64,000 bases of DNA from Eledone cirrhosa (GCA_964016885.1 OZ024747.1:93434001-93498000); one strand, 5' to 3'; shown: positions 25,037 through 38,133, counted from the first letter of the stretch. Made by a program: numbers and translations. The notes: generated by a model from the letters alone, not told the origin.

Positions 25037-28000
25037 ATATAGTAATGATGAAAGACAAGAAAGTAGATGGAAGAGACTGAAAACAAGGAAGTGAATATAC
25101 AAATAGAAAGAAAATAATTGTTTCTACTTTTTGGCACAAGGCCAGCAATTATCCCAGTGTATTACTGGTACTTTATTTTATTGACCCTGTAAGGATGAAA
25201 GGCAAAGTTAACCTCGGCAGGATTTGAACGCAGTCTGTAAAGGGATGTAACTGTGCTGCAAAGCATGGCGTCCGACCCTCTACCGATACTGCCAATTAAA
25301 AGAAAATAATGAAGCTTCCATAGAAGTCAACAGACAAGAAAGAAAAATGATAGGGAAAAATAACATTATCTCTTTTGATACCCCTAGGAAACGACCCTAG
25401 GTTTATGAGGTTTAAAATGTTCATACTGAATACTAAAACCTTTCATCATAATGAAAAAAAAGTTAGTTATTTTATTAAAATTCCCCAAACTGACACACAC
25501 AGGCAGTGTATTTCATTAGAAATATGGTGAGAAAAGGTTAGAAGACAGATGGATTGAGAGAGAAAGAGAGTAGCCAAAAATAATAGAAGTCCCACACACC
25601 TTACAAAAATATGTATTAAGTATCATATTTATAATCCATCATAGAAATCTTCTCCCTAAGAGAACCTGCTAAGAGGACCATCATGTCATAAACAGCCAAC
25701 AGGCGCTAGTAAGCTATTCTCCGACACAAGCCTACCGATTTTAGTATAAAGAGCAGGCATAGATATATCTCTGAAGCAAAGTTCAGAGATAAACTTAAGG
25801 TTAAAGTTTATAAGTACTTCATACATTTTATCTCTACCTTTACTGTTGGAACTGACAGTTATTGTTGGATCAGATATTGTTTAGACCTTAGAGTCAGATT
25901 TGATGTAGCTGACAAACTTATTATCAAAGATGCTACAGTTGTAATCATATACATATACCTCACTTCCTACTAATGCACTCAATACTCTCTGTAAAGTGAT
26001 AGTGGTGGTGTCATGAATAAACACACCCTGTAAGGTGGTTGGCATTAGGAAGGGCATCCAGCCATAGAAACCATGCCAAATATGGAACATATGAGGTCAC
26101 ACCAACAAGCTATCTAAGCTATGACAGCATGGAATGTAGATATATGATAATGATGACATATATATACATACTCTGTAAAGTGGTTGGTATTAGGAAGAAC
26201 ATCCAAAGAGAACTCATGCCCAATATAAGAATGTAGAAGTGAGACGTGGTTCTCTAATCTGTCTAAGAAGACAGTAACTCTGAAAAAAGAACTCACATGA
26301 CCTGTAATATTACATCCAGCCCATGCTGGCATGAAAAACAAATGGATGTAAAATGACAATGATAACATATGTATATATTTGTTCTGCTGGGTGGCTAGAA
26401 AATGTTTTAGGACAAAATCAATACCTGTCAAAAGGACGGTTGAAACCAACATAGAGTCAACAATTATTAACCCTTAAGCATTTAAACCGGCCGTATCTGG
26501 CCAGAATTCTCTCACCTATTTCTGTTCAAACTGGCTGTAACCAGCCACTCATACTGATGTTAAGGTATTGTTCTCAAAATAAATAATATCAAAATTTCAT
26601 AGTTCGATATTATGTGAGATAAAGCCTTTACTGTGAAAATGTAATAGTAAATATAAAGTAATGTAAATGCTAAAGGGTTAAGCCATAGGAATGATGGACT
26701 TAAAAAAATGTCAAATAATGGCAGCAGGTGGTTTGATGTGTCACATTATGGTTACATATGTTATTTATTTTATGTATTTCGATTAGGGTCTTTGATCTAC
26801 TTAGAGGTATGGTTGATATAATTACACAAACCTTATATGATGTGGAATGCAATGGTAAAGGAGATAAATATTAATCCATTTGGGCTTTTGCACTCATACC
26901 TTCTCTAGCATGGATATTTTCAAGTATGACACGTGGCATCCTGTTCACCAGTTCAGGTTACACAAATATTGAGAGTTAAGTAGAATCATCTTATTCCATT
27001 TTAAACCCCTTTTTTGTGCACGTAGGTCCACAAATTTTGGTTTGTTACCAAGCAATCTTACAGTATACTCAATGTGGACAAGGCGGATGTAAAATTATGA
27101 TGATGTAAAATTATGATGATGCACATATTCTTAAATAAGCTCACACATAAAACAACATTCACACATACATATTAATAGTTTTTATCTACAATAGACAACC
27201 TTGCTATATGCGACCAAGACATTTAAAAATGTAAAAGTAGTTAATGTTTACCTTGGAATTATAGTTAGTTGTTAGAGATTATTGCTGCTGCTGTCATTAT
27301 CAATAAGTCAAGTGGTTAATATTTCAGATTTAACTATGCAGTTTATGCTATATAAAATCATTTTATGTTCACCACGAAGGTGCATGATTTAGTAGTTAGG
27401 TTGTTCAGCTCACAATCTTAAAATCATGAATTTGGTTCCTGGTAGCACAGTGTGTCCTTGGGCAAGAGCACTTGATATTTCATGTTGCTCCAGTCCACTT
27501 AGCTGGCAAAAATGAGTGGTACCTGTGATTCAAGGTGTCAGCCTTGTTACACAAGTACCAATCAAGTTCTGGGGTTAATATAATCAATTTTCATCCCACC
27601 CTCCCAAATTTGTGGCCTTGCGCCTATGTAAGAATTTATTATTATATTAAACACACACACAGACACTCACCCGATATATAATATAATATGCAAACTTCTT
27701 AATCTTTGTTGCTCTTGTTCTGGCTTATCTCTTAACATCATGTACCACATTAAACCACATTAGCAAGGCATTCTTGCAAAGTATAAAACAGCCTTGTATC
27801 TGCTTTATATAAAAAATTGAAGTCTTTTTTCTAATACTACAAATTTTCACAACCCAGCTGTCCAATAGTAAAGATAATAAACATTTGAATTTAAAAAAAA
27901 ACCCATTTAAAAATATTTTCTACTAAATTATTGCAGGATGTTAAGAGTTAACAGAGCAGATCTAATATAAAAAAAACAGCCCAGACTTGACTAACACATC

Positions 28001-28407
28001 TTTTCTTTGACCGGTATATCTAAACAGTAAGATCGGGGAGATATGGCTGCTATTTCTAGGTCAAGCGATTGCACAGAAAATTTATTAAAGTAATGACATA
28101 CATATATATATAAGTCATTATATATATATATATATATATTGGACATGTGATGCACATGGAGGATGACTGCTGGGTAAAGAAGAGCCAAGAAATCGCAGTC
28201 GAGGAAGACCACAAAAAAACATGGGTGGAGGTGGTGAGAGCAGATCTCAGATCGCTGAAGCTCACGGAGGAGATGACAAAGGACCGTGACGAATGGAGAG
28301 ATGCCATGCTTAATAAGGTCTGTCCCACCCTTGCAAGCAGGGAAAAGTGGACGTAAAATGATGATGATATATATACGCAATATTAGATTACATTAGACAT
28401 AGTTCAT

Positions 28408-28774
28408 ACATATATAAATTTGAGCAACTTCCGTCTGTCCGTCCATCACACAATGTGTGTGTGTTTGTGTGAATGTATGTGTGTGTAAAAGGAAGGAAGG
28501 GATGGTGAAAAAACTATAGCAAAAACACCGGCTGGCATTTCATTTGCTACACTGTGAGTGTGTGAGTGTGTATGTGTGTTTGTGCGAATGTAAACTCTTG
28601 TAAGCAGGGAAAAGCGGATGTAAAATGTTGATGTGATGATGATGTATGTCTGTGAGTGTGTATTTTTGTAAGCGTGTCTGTGTTTGTGTATATATTTATA
28701 TACCCATACATATAAATGTATGCATATGCACATACACACACGCACACACGTCAGCTTGTTGAAAAAAATTCTAG
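28408..28774 (+). mobile_element. Short Helitron-like element (second copy ~43958-44171 on -)
   Basis: 5' (TC)ATATATAAATTTGAGCRACTTCC..TCTGTC head, shared interior, 3' AAATTCTAG|T. Confidence 0.5.
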
Positions 28775-29961
28775 TACATATAAAATGATTGTATAGTAAA
28801 AAAAAAAAACTGACATGAGTGAAACAACACATCTCCCAGATATGAGTGGCCAATATTGATATTGGCATTCTATATAAAAAATATATTAGTATTTATCATG
28901 ACATGAGTACATTATGCCACACACAAACACACACTCAAACAGATATTATTTTATTAAAATCTATTATATAACTGTAATAGTCTATTTCTGTATTTAAACA
29001 ACAGAGATTAAATGTGCAACCTAAATTTCTTGTTTCTTTGTTTAGGAATTATATAGTTAGATATGGTATCTAAAAAAATATTTTTATCAGTGTTAGCTTG
29101 TTTGATTAGTTCCCATGTGAATTAGGTGTACCTTTTCAACAAATGCAAGTATGTTTATGTTGCTATTAACCTTATTTATATTCTCAATTCAATTATATGA
29201 CATGCATTGTTTAGTTTTGAATACTTGGCTGAGATTTTGATGTGAATGTTTATATACATTTTAAAATTAAAAATGATTCATCATTTATTAAAATTCTAAG
29301 TCCAAATCTAAATCCAGTGCTTGCTCACTCATGTTGGAGGAACCCCTCCCTGGTTGACTTCCAGTGCTTCCTATTTCTGGCCATACTGGGCCATGTGGGG
29401 CTGCGGTATCGGGTCAGATCATTGCACCATCTTTGTTAATTTTCATATACATATTAATCACTGTCTCAAAACATCCTGTACACCCCATGCCAGCATGGAA
29501 AAGTGGGCATAAAACTGATGATGATGACATATACATACACACACACATATATATATAGTGTATTGGTGTGCAATGTTTAATTACTAATGGTTCACCAGTT
29601 TGAGCTCTCTATGCTTATATTTGAGTTTAGCTACTAATGTGGGATTCTACGTTTGGTATTTCCTCATAGATTGTATCCTTAAGAAGCAGAGTGCTAATAA
29701 CAATAAATGTTTCTACTTTTGGCACAAGGCCAGGAATTATCCCAGTGCATTATTGGTGCTTTATTTTATCGACCCCGTAAGCATGAATGGCAAAGCTAAC
29801 CTCGGCGGGATTTGAACTCAGAACATAAAGGGCCATAACTCTATGCTATAATAATAATAATATTAGAGTGCAGGAATGAAGAATAACATCAATGTTTATT
29901 CACATGTGTAAGTGACTCAATAGGAGGTGTTTGGTTTGGGGGTTTTATATATATATATATT

Positions 29962-30280
29962 ATTAAAAATATTAATAAATGAGGGGTGTTCTCATAATCA
30001 AAATATATATTTTGTTATACATGTTTCAGGGGTGCAATGGTGTTTAGGTGCGTTTTCATCAGATAAAATATATAGGATTGGATGTGCGGCATACCGCTGC
30101 GGTTTTGATTATTCAATTCCAGTGGAATTGAATAATCAAAACCGTAGGGGTATGTCTCATATCAAATCTTATGTTTTGTCTGATGAAGGCGTACTTGAGC
30201 ACCATTGTACCTTTGAAGTGTGTATAATAGAGTATATATTTTGATTATGAGAATGTTTTTCATTTATTAATATTTTGAAT
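29962..30280. mobile_element. Palindromic Penelope-type remnant with two inverted type I hammerhead motifs
   Basis: ~155-bp arms, 3-nt loop (30121-30123); CTGATGA...GAAA CATG TA core on - (30004-30071) and mutated copy on + (30170-30236). Confidence 0.75.
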
Positions 30281-30440
30281 TAAATACTCCAGGAAAATCT
30301 TCTGTCAAGTGCTTCTAATCTATTGTAATATTGTATTTGTTGATTAATCAACGAACCATATTAATTTTGGTATATATATATATAGTAGTAATAATAAATG
30401 TGAAGACTAAAATCTGAAGAGGGCTCGATAAGGATAATAT

Positions 30441-30984
30441 ATATATAGTGACGGCGCATGGCTTAGTGGTTAGAGCATTGGGTTTGCAATCGAAAGGTTG
30501 TGAGTTCAATTCTCAGACTGGGTGATGTGTTGTTTCCTTGAGCAAGACACTTTATTTCACATTGCTCCAGTTTACTCAGCTGTAGAAATGAGATGATAGG
30601 ACTGGGGACCCTATCATTCCACTGCAAAGTGGTCGTGTAGGCGCCACAGAAAAAAAGCACCCAGCCCACTCCGTAAAGTTAACGTGTAGGTGCCACGGCA
30701 AAAAAGCACCCAGCACTCACTGTAAATGAGGTTGGTGTTAGGAAGGGCATCCAGCTGTAGAAATCAAGCCAGAATCAGTTCCTGTATGAGCAAGACAAGG
30801 TCAGCCGACTGGACACTGCCCACAACAGGACAACCCGTCTAACCCATGCTAGCATGGAAGAACGGACGTAAAACAGTGATGATGATGATGATGATGATGA
30901 CATGTTTCATGATCGATCAGCCCAAGGTATGATCGGTAGAGATCGGACCTTACTCTGGAATCGAAAGCTCATCAGACTATATAT
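30441..30984 (-). ncRNA. Type I hammerhead ribozyme interrupted by a SINE insertion (30453-30901)
   Basis: Removing the insert reconstitutes ATATATAGT-CTGATGA-[long stem II]-GAAA-CATG-TC-ACTATATAT with a perfect 9-bp stem I. Confidence 0.65.
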
Positions 30985-31239
30985 GATTTCCTATACAAAC
31001 AAATTCACATATATACACCATACATGACCACACACTACTCAATTACAATAATGATTATGATACAGTATCAGTACGGAGATGTAGTTCTCTTAATGCAATG
31101 TAGTATATATTTCAAACTGACATGGATGCTCCACATATCTAAATATTCATTCCAAATAAAGGAACCATTAGTACAACAATGATAATAACACTGAAATGTA
31201 TAAGCACTTTCCAAGAACACAAGCAGCTAAGATACAATA

Positions 31240-31394
31240 CAGTGAAATTCTGTTATAACGAAATTCATGGGACATAAAAAAAATTTGTTGTAACAAAAAA
31301 TTCTTTATAATGAGATCGACCGAAACAAATCAAGCGTTTGTTTGTTATTACCTCGGAGATTGAGAAGAATTGCGTTATAATGGAATTTTACCTG
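31240..31394. mobile_element. Tigger/pogo-type MITE
   Basis: TA|CAGTGAAATTCTGTTATAACG...CGTTATAATGGAATTTTACCTG|TA. Confidence 0.65.
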
Positions 31395-32356
31395 TAATAC
31401 AATCTTTTTGCAACAACATGGAAACATAAAACCGAAATCAAGAAATCTGCAGATTCCCTTCATTTTTAGAACTAATTCTACCACAAGTGGATTGTGGATG
31501 GGGACCATGCAAATCTTTTTTTTTGTATTAGAAAGCATTAACTTTTGGAGGAAATATGATGCTGGCATCATGGCAACCAAAGTTAAATAGTAGCAGGCAT
31601 TAGGGTTCCTTTTTTTTTTTAGTGATAAGTATTGTTAAGGCTTTGTAACAGACACCATACTTTCTGAACAATTTGTTTGCTTTCCTTCTCCTTAGTGACA
31701 AACATTTTCTCTTTTCTTGAACAGCATATTCTTTGTTAAGACATTTTACTGGAATGTTGCATGCTGGGAAGAGATGTAAGAGTACAATCTACATGATCTA
31801 CCTGTTGCTACATGTTGCTACAGACAGTATCTCTATGTGACTTACAGTGCAATTCAATGCACTTATGACTCAAAAGATAAGAAACAGGTGTATATCTATA
31901 CTAATGTTTCATTTGGAGCAAGGCGAATATTCATATATGATGTGACGGCAATGCTAGATTCTGATGACCAGCTAACATCATCGAATGCCTCTTCATTCAA
32001 AGTGAGGTCTGAAAGGAGTGGGTTTCGTACAGGAGAATGGTAAGGACTATGGGGTTTATTTGTAAAATGTTTTGTGGAAGCTCTCGTCTCTTCTATAACT
32101 CGGTTACTAACATCTGGAGGTTTTGCATACTTTTTAGGGGATTTGTGGTTTTCTTCTGTTTTGGAAGATAAAACAGTTTTTTCAGAAGTTTGTGTTTTGT
32201 CTTGCAATGGCTTGTGTTGTTGTTCTTCACATTTTCTTTGAGCACCCATGATAGAGCGCATTGTCATACTGTTTGGTTGCATATAACGAGAAGGGACTTC
32301 ATTGACTGAAAAGAACTGAATAGTTTCACTAACATGAACTGGATTTAAGAACTGAC

Positions 32357-32562
32357 CTGATGAGTTTTTTTCAGATTTCCAGGAATCAACAAGTTCCTGT
32401 AGTTCAGATGTTTGTCTAAAATCATCAATGCAGAATTTAGAATCTGAAAAAAAACGTGGTGGAATCCGTGCTCTGGCCCCAGCAGTTTGGGAAGAACCAA
32501 ATCCAAGGCTTCGAAGGATTTCTTCAGGATCTGCTTCCCGTCCCTGTAAAAGAAGTTCAATG
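32357..32562 (-). CDS. ITPRID2: ITPRID/KRAP-like gene exon encoding the core IP3R-binding domain (SIELLLQGREADPEEILRSLGFGSSQTAGARARIPPRFF)
   Basis: tttattttcAG acceptor, G|GTCAGT donor, 206 nt, phase 2->1; matches the KRAP_IP3R_bind signature S.SELL...DPEEIL..LGFG......KIP.RFF. Confidence 0.9.
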
Positions 32563-33015
32563 CTGAAAATAAACAGAAAAATGAGTTTTAATGACTAAAA
32601 ATAACAATCCATAATTAAATAGAAGATGGGACAAAAAAAAAAAAGGAAAAAGAAAGAAAAAAGAAATCCTCCTCCATTTTCACAAAAAAAAAAAAGAGTT
32701 AGAAATATAATTTTGACTTATGATACAATGATGGAGTCTCCACATTGTATTTGATTTGCTAGAAATAGCTGTAAAATCTCCCTAAAGTTGCACTGTTATT
32801 TTTTAAACAGAAGGACTCGAGATAAAGATTTGAAAAGATAGCAGAGTCCTGATTGGAATCCCAGTGATCAGTTGTCTGCTCAATCATGGCTTATCTAGGG
32901 AACAACAACAATGGCAACAATAATGACAGCAACAATGGCAGAATTTGAACCCAATGACTTTAAATTAAGAGTATATCATATCTACAGTAAATATGGCTGT
33001 GTGTGTGTGTGTGTG

Positions 33016-33076
<61 letters not shown>

Positions 33077-35780
33077 TCATCATCATCATTTCATTTTACG
33101 TCCACTTTTCTCTGCTTGCAAGGGTGGGAAATATATATATATATGTATCTATGTATATATGTAAAAGGTAACGGAAATAACAAAACAAATGGCACAATAC
33201 ATGGAAGAAATATATTAATTTAACGCTTGAAATAACAGGAAGAGAGTCTTAAGGTTTCGGATACTACTCCTTCATCTGAAGAAAGAGTTAGAAATAGAAG
33301 ATAAATAGAAAGTAAAGAGTGATGAAAGGAAGGAAGAGGGAAAATAAGAAAAAACACTTGCATATATATATATTACTCATATCCATCAAACTTAACAGAC
33401 TATCTTAGTGCAATCAATTTATATCTCATAATTACTGTATATTACATATTACAATGGGTAATAACTGTTATACCACTGCCTCCTGACATGTAAACAGATG
33501 ATGAGACAAGTGCTAACACATGTGTTTATTGTATTTGGAAATAAGGAAAATATAAAGGTTGCACATCTTGTGCATACATTTTAGTAGTAGTGATGTAGTA
33601 CCCATTAACAGATGTGTAGTGCTCACTATTATGTAGTGTTTTACTATAAGTACCAAGCATTCCACTTTCACCCTCTAGCATTTAAAGCGGCCATATCCAG
33701 CTAGAATTTTCTAACCTCTTTCTGTTCAAATCGGCTGTAACCGGCCCCTCATACTGACGTTATGGTATTCTTCTCAAAATCTCATAGATTTGATATTATG
33801 TAGGGTAATTATGTGAGATAAAGCCTTTACTGCAAAAATACAAGAGTAAATATAGAGTAATGCTAAATGGCTAAGAACTGAGTATTCCAGCTATAGGACA
33901 AGCTACAGTAAGGTAGGTACATGTTTGGGTAAATTTTTAGTTTCAGACATGTATTTGCAATATTATATATTTGCGTTAAATTCATGAGGGTATTATAACT
34001 GTTATTTCTATGTAAAAGATGATACGTTGACCCACAAATGTTGACCTGTTATCCGTAATATAGTAGGGTCAACTTTTATACTAGTCATGTTCCCTTATGT
34101 TCTGAGTTCAAATCCTGCCAGTGTTGATATTTTCTTTTATCTAAGGCCTGAGAAAAGAAATATGGGTTATTTACTGGAATTCATTTAAAAGACTATACTC
34201 CTTTCCTATAAATATGTGGTCCAAGTCCAAGGTTGAAAATTAATAATTAATCCAGGCAACAATGAATTCCTTCTGCTAGGAAACAATATAAGAAGACAGT
34301 CTACTGTTTGTCTTTTAATGGAGTTGTGCAGCTGCCTCCAGTTTAAACATTCATGAGTGTATATGTGACTGTGAGTGTGTGAGTAAGTATGTGAGTGTGC
34401 GTGGATGGGGATATGTTTCAGTGTACATGTGTGCCCTTACATGTCAATGCAATAGTAAATAAATAACACCTGCATTTAAGAAGGTGTGATTGTGTGTGTG
34501 AGAGAGAGAAAGAGTGAGACTATCTTAGTGTGTGGTAATTATAGGGGAAAAACAAGTAGGTGTGAGTATGTCTCTCTGAGAGTGTGTATCTATATGTGTG
34601 AGTATGTCTCTCTGAGAGTGTGTATCTATATGTATGAGTATGTGTGTTTATATGAATGTTTGTGTATGTATACACGTGTGTATAAGAGTGTAGTGAAAGC
34701 ACGTGGTTTTGTGGTGAGGATATTCAGCTCACAATTGTAAGGTTGTGAGTTTGATTCCCAGTGGAGTGTTGTGTCCTTGAGCAAGACACTTTATTTCATG
34801 TTGTTCCAGTCGACTCAGCTGGCAAAAATTAGTTTTGCCTGTAGTGTGAAAGATCAGCCTTGTCACACACTGTGTCACACTGACTCTTCCTTGGAACTAT
34901 GTAAGGGGTACACATATCTCTGGAATGCTCAGACACTTGCACATTAATTTCACAAGCAGGCTGTTCCGTTGATTGGATCAACTGGAGCACTTATCGTCGT
35001 AACCGACGGAGTGCCTCCATAAGAGTGTAAATATCAAGTATTAATTAGTAGACACATAGGGCGGCGGTGAATTGGCAAGTATCGGTAGAGGGTCAGACAT
35101 GCTTTCCAGCACAGTTACGTCCTTTTACGATCTGAGTTCAAATCCCGCCAAGGTTAACTTTGCCTTTCATCCTTACAATAAAATAAAGTACCAGTAATGT
35201 ACTGGGTAATTGCTGGCCTTGTGTCAATAGGAGAAACAATTAATCAGTAGACACATGGTTAAACATGCACAGCTGTTAATTAAAACAAATACATCATAAT
35301 AATTTGAATAACATTTAGCCCTTTCGTTATCATATTTCTAATAAAATACATTAATTAATGAAAAATATGGAGGGATTTATTAAAATTATTAATTATTTCA
35401 TTTTGAAGACAGTATTTGTAACGTAACAAAACATGCTTATATCAAATTATGTCAAAAGATTTTAGTTTGAATAGAAACCCTTTAAAATTTGTAGGTTTTG
35501 AATTGTAGAACAAAAGGTGGTTTCACGTGGTTTGGGATGAAAAGAGTTAAATGTTGACACACACACATTCACATACATATACGCACAAACACATACATCT
35601 TATGAATGATGACCATGACGTCACTTATGTATGTGACTGGGAGTGGTTGACAATTTCAGTTTTTTTTTGTTGATGTAGCAGCCATTCTGAACATTCTCAG
35701 CTTATTCTTCTTTTCAGCCTGTCTGCTCCTGATTCCTGGCCTGCTTAGAAAACCCTGGCTTTGGATTGATTAAGGAAATT

Positions 35781-36945
35781 ATCATCATCATCATCATCGT
35801 TTAACGTCCATTTTCCACGCTAGCATGGGTTTGGATGGGAATTGTCCCACTTGAGGCAAGATTGGTTGTCTTGCTCAGGACTGTCTGGCGGGTTTTCTAT
35901 GGCTGGATGCCCTTCCTAACACCAACCACGTTTACAGTGTGGACTGGGAGGTTTTTACCGTGTTACCTACACAGCCACATTACAGCGTGGACTGTGTGTT
36001 TTATTGTCGTGACACCTACACGTCTGGCGGGTTTTCTACGGCTGGGTGCCCTTCCCAACACCAACCACGTTTACAGTGTGTACTGGGAGGTTTTTACCGT
36101 GTTACCTACACGGCCACATTTTTTTTGTTGTGACACCTACACGACCTCATTTGTTTCGGACTGGATGTTGTGGTACCAACATAACTTCACATTTAAGGGG
36201 GTGGTGTGGATGGGGTGGGGGTAGTGGGACGGGGGTGTATTTTGTTAGAGGTGCCTACAGACTGTAGGTTTCGCTTTGTACTTAGGCAAGGTGGGTCTTC
36301 TGTATAACTGTAGCGCTAAAATTTTCGGTCCAGTGACATTGTCTTGGATAGGTGTGTGTGAGGTCGGAATTTATCAAGTCGTCCCAGGTTTTTTCTGGGT
36401 CTGCCTACTCCGTGGCTACCGTCTATTTTTATCGCCCTGCAGTTTTTTATACAGCTGTCGTCTTTCATGCACATCACGTGACCGTACCAACGTAGTCTTC
36501 TCTCGAGTAAACAACATCTGATCCCTCTTATTCCTAATTTCTCCCTTAGTTCGTTTATGCTTTGCCGTTCACGTATATTACTATTACACAACCAGCGGAG
36601 CATGCAAGCTTCGTTTCTCTCCAGTCTGCGTATATCCTCTGCACACAATGCCCTGGTCTCACTGCCATGTAACATTGCTGTTCGTATGCAGGCATCATAC
36701 AGCCTGCCTTTCATTTTTAGAGAGAACCCTTTAGCGGCCAATAGTGGTATAAGCTCTCTGAACTTTTTCCATCCCGTTCTGACTCTAGCTACTGTACTTT
36801 CAGAGCACCCTCCCCCACTGCTGATTTTGTCACCCAGGTAACGGAAGCTGTCCACTATTTCTATAGAACCATCTGTGCAATGGAATGAGCTAGTATTCTG
36901 TGGGCACTTGCTGCTACTTATGAGAGTAACCACTTGTAGCATCTA
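35781..36945 (-). mobile_element. RTE LINE 3' fragment, same family as 16912-17712
   Basis: ORF 36316..36942 FRYLGD...WKKFRELIPLL...RRLRWYGHV...GRPRK; 3' UTR and (GAT)n tail. Confidence 0.9.
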
Positions 36946-37486
36946 TATTTGCTATAGAGAAGCTGTTTTTAAGATTGTTCCTCATATATTCTGGCAATCT
37001 AACCAAACCAGCAAGTTGAGCAGCATCATATGATGGAAAACCCCATTTACAAAACAATAACAGTAATTGAGAGCAAATCAGAAATAGTATTAAAAGAAAT
37101 AACAATAGAAAAATATTGAAAAATAAAGGGAAAATAAAGAGAAAGTAAGATGGGGACTGACAGAAACTGGTGAGAATGAAGCTCTTATATTTTTGTTTTA
37201 TATATATATATATCAGATAGGGTGTGGTAAAAACCAGGTAGACCATAACCCACTACTTGGGGTAGTAGAGTGAGTAATATGAAAAGATTCAGGACCCCGA
37301 AGACTGACCTCCGGCCATTTTGACAGTTCGGATCTAGTTGACGAAACTGCCGGAGTTCAGCCGTTGAGGTCCTGAATCTTTTCATATATATATATATATA
37401 TATATATAATTGTTTCTACTTTAGGCACAAGGCCATATATATATATATATAATATAACATCAAAAGATGGTTAAAAGAGTTCCAAG

Positions 37487-37557
37487 TATTTTATTATGGC
37501 AATTTCAAAAACAAATATCATCATGGGATGATATCTGCATTTTCATCAGATAAAATA
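37487..37557 (-). ncRNA. Minimal type I hammerhead ribozyme motif (Penelope-associated type)
   Basis: TATTTTAT-CTGATGA-AAATGCAGATATCATC CCAT GATGATATTTGTTTTT-GAAA-TTGCCA-TA-ATAAAATA: 8-bp stem I, long stem II, vestigial stem III. Confidence 0.65.
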
Positions 37558-37994
37558 GGGATACATGATATGAAGCTTAAAAAACACTTGTGAATAGTGA
37601 AGTTTTAAATCAACATATATATATATATATATAGGCACCAAACCTTTTCCCTGACATCACACAAAATTCTATGTGTATTTAGCTTAATTTCTATAAACTA
37701 ATGTTTTGTCTCTCGTCTGTTATTCCACTGAACAGTGTTAGGCTCATGTCAGGTGGACAAGCAGTACTGTTGGTAGGGGTCAAAAGTGCCAAAGGCCATC
37801 ACAACAGCCGATGACCCTGGAGTTCTGTGTCCTTTGCTTGTATTTTTATATTTTTTAATAATTTTTCAAGGTTTTCCCTTAAAAAATTGTTTTTCGTTTT
37901 GTTTTGTTTCTGTTCATTGTCTTGTCTTCTTAATTTTCTTAAGTTTATATATATAAACATCATCATCATCCTCGTTTAAAGTGAACGTTAAACG

Positions 37995-38032
<38 letters not shown>

Positions 38033-38076
38033 GTACAAGTCAACAGGTTATAATTCACTTTGTTTATTCATAATCC

Positions 38077-38133
38077 CTGTTATATATATTTCAGTGATAA
38101 CCGTTATGCAACAGACATGACCTCATCAGACAG
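38077..38133 (-). ncRNA. Minimal type I hammerhead motif (inverted sister copy at 38828-38880 +)
   Basis: CTGT-CTGATGA-GGTCATGTCTGTT GCAT AACGGTTATCACT-GAAA-TATATA-TA-ACAG; self-complementary stem III. Confidence 0.6.

Noticed and set aside
30453-30520. tRNA-like sequence (also heads at 35059, 7400-7472)
   Set aside because: SINE heads without a full cloverleaf; not tRNA genes.
37957-38010. Small palindrome catcatcctcgtttaa...ttaaacgaggatgatg
   Set aside because: Two RTE-type tails back to back; trivial.
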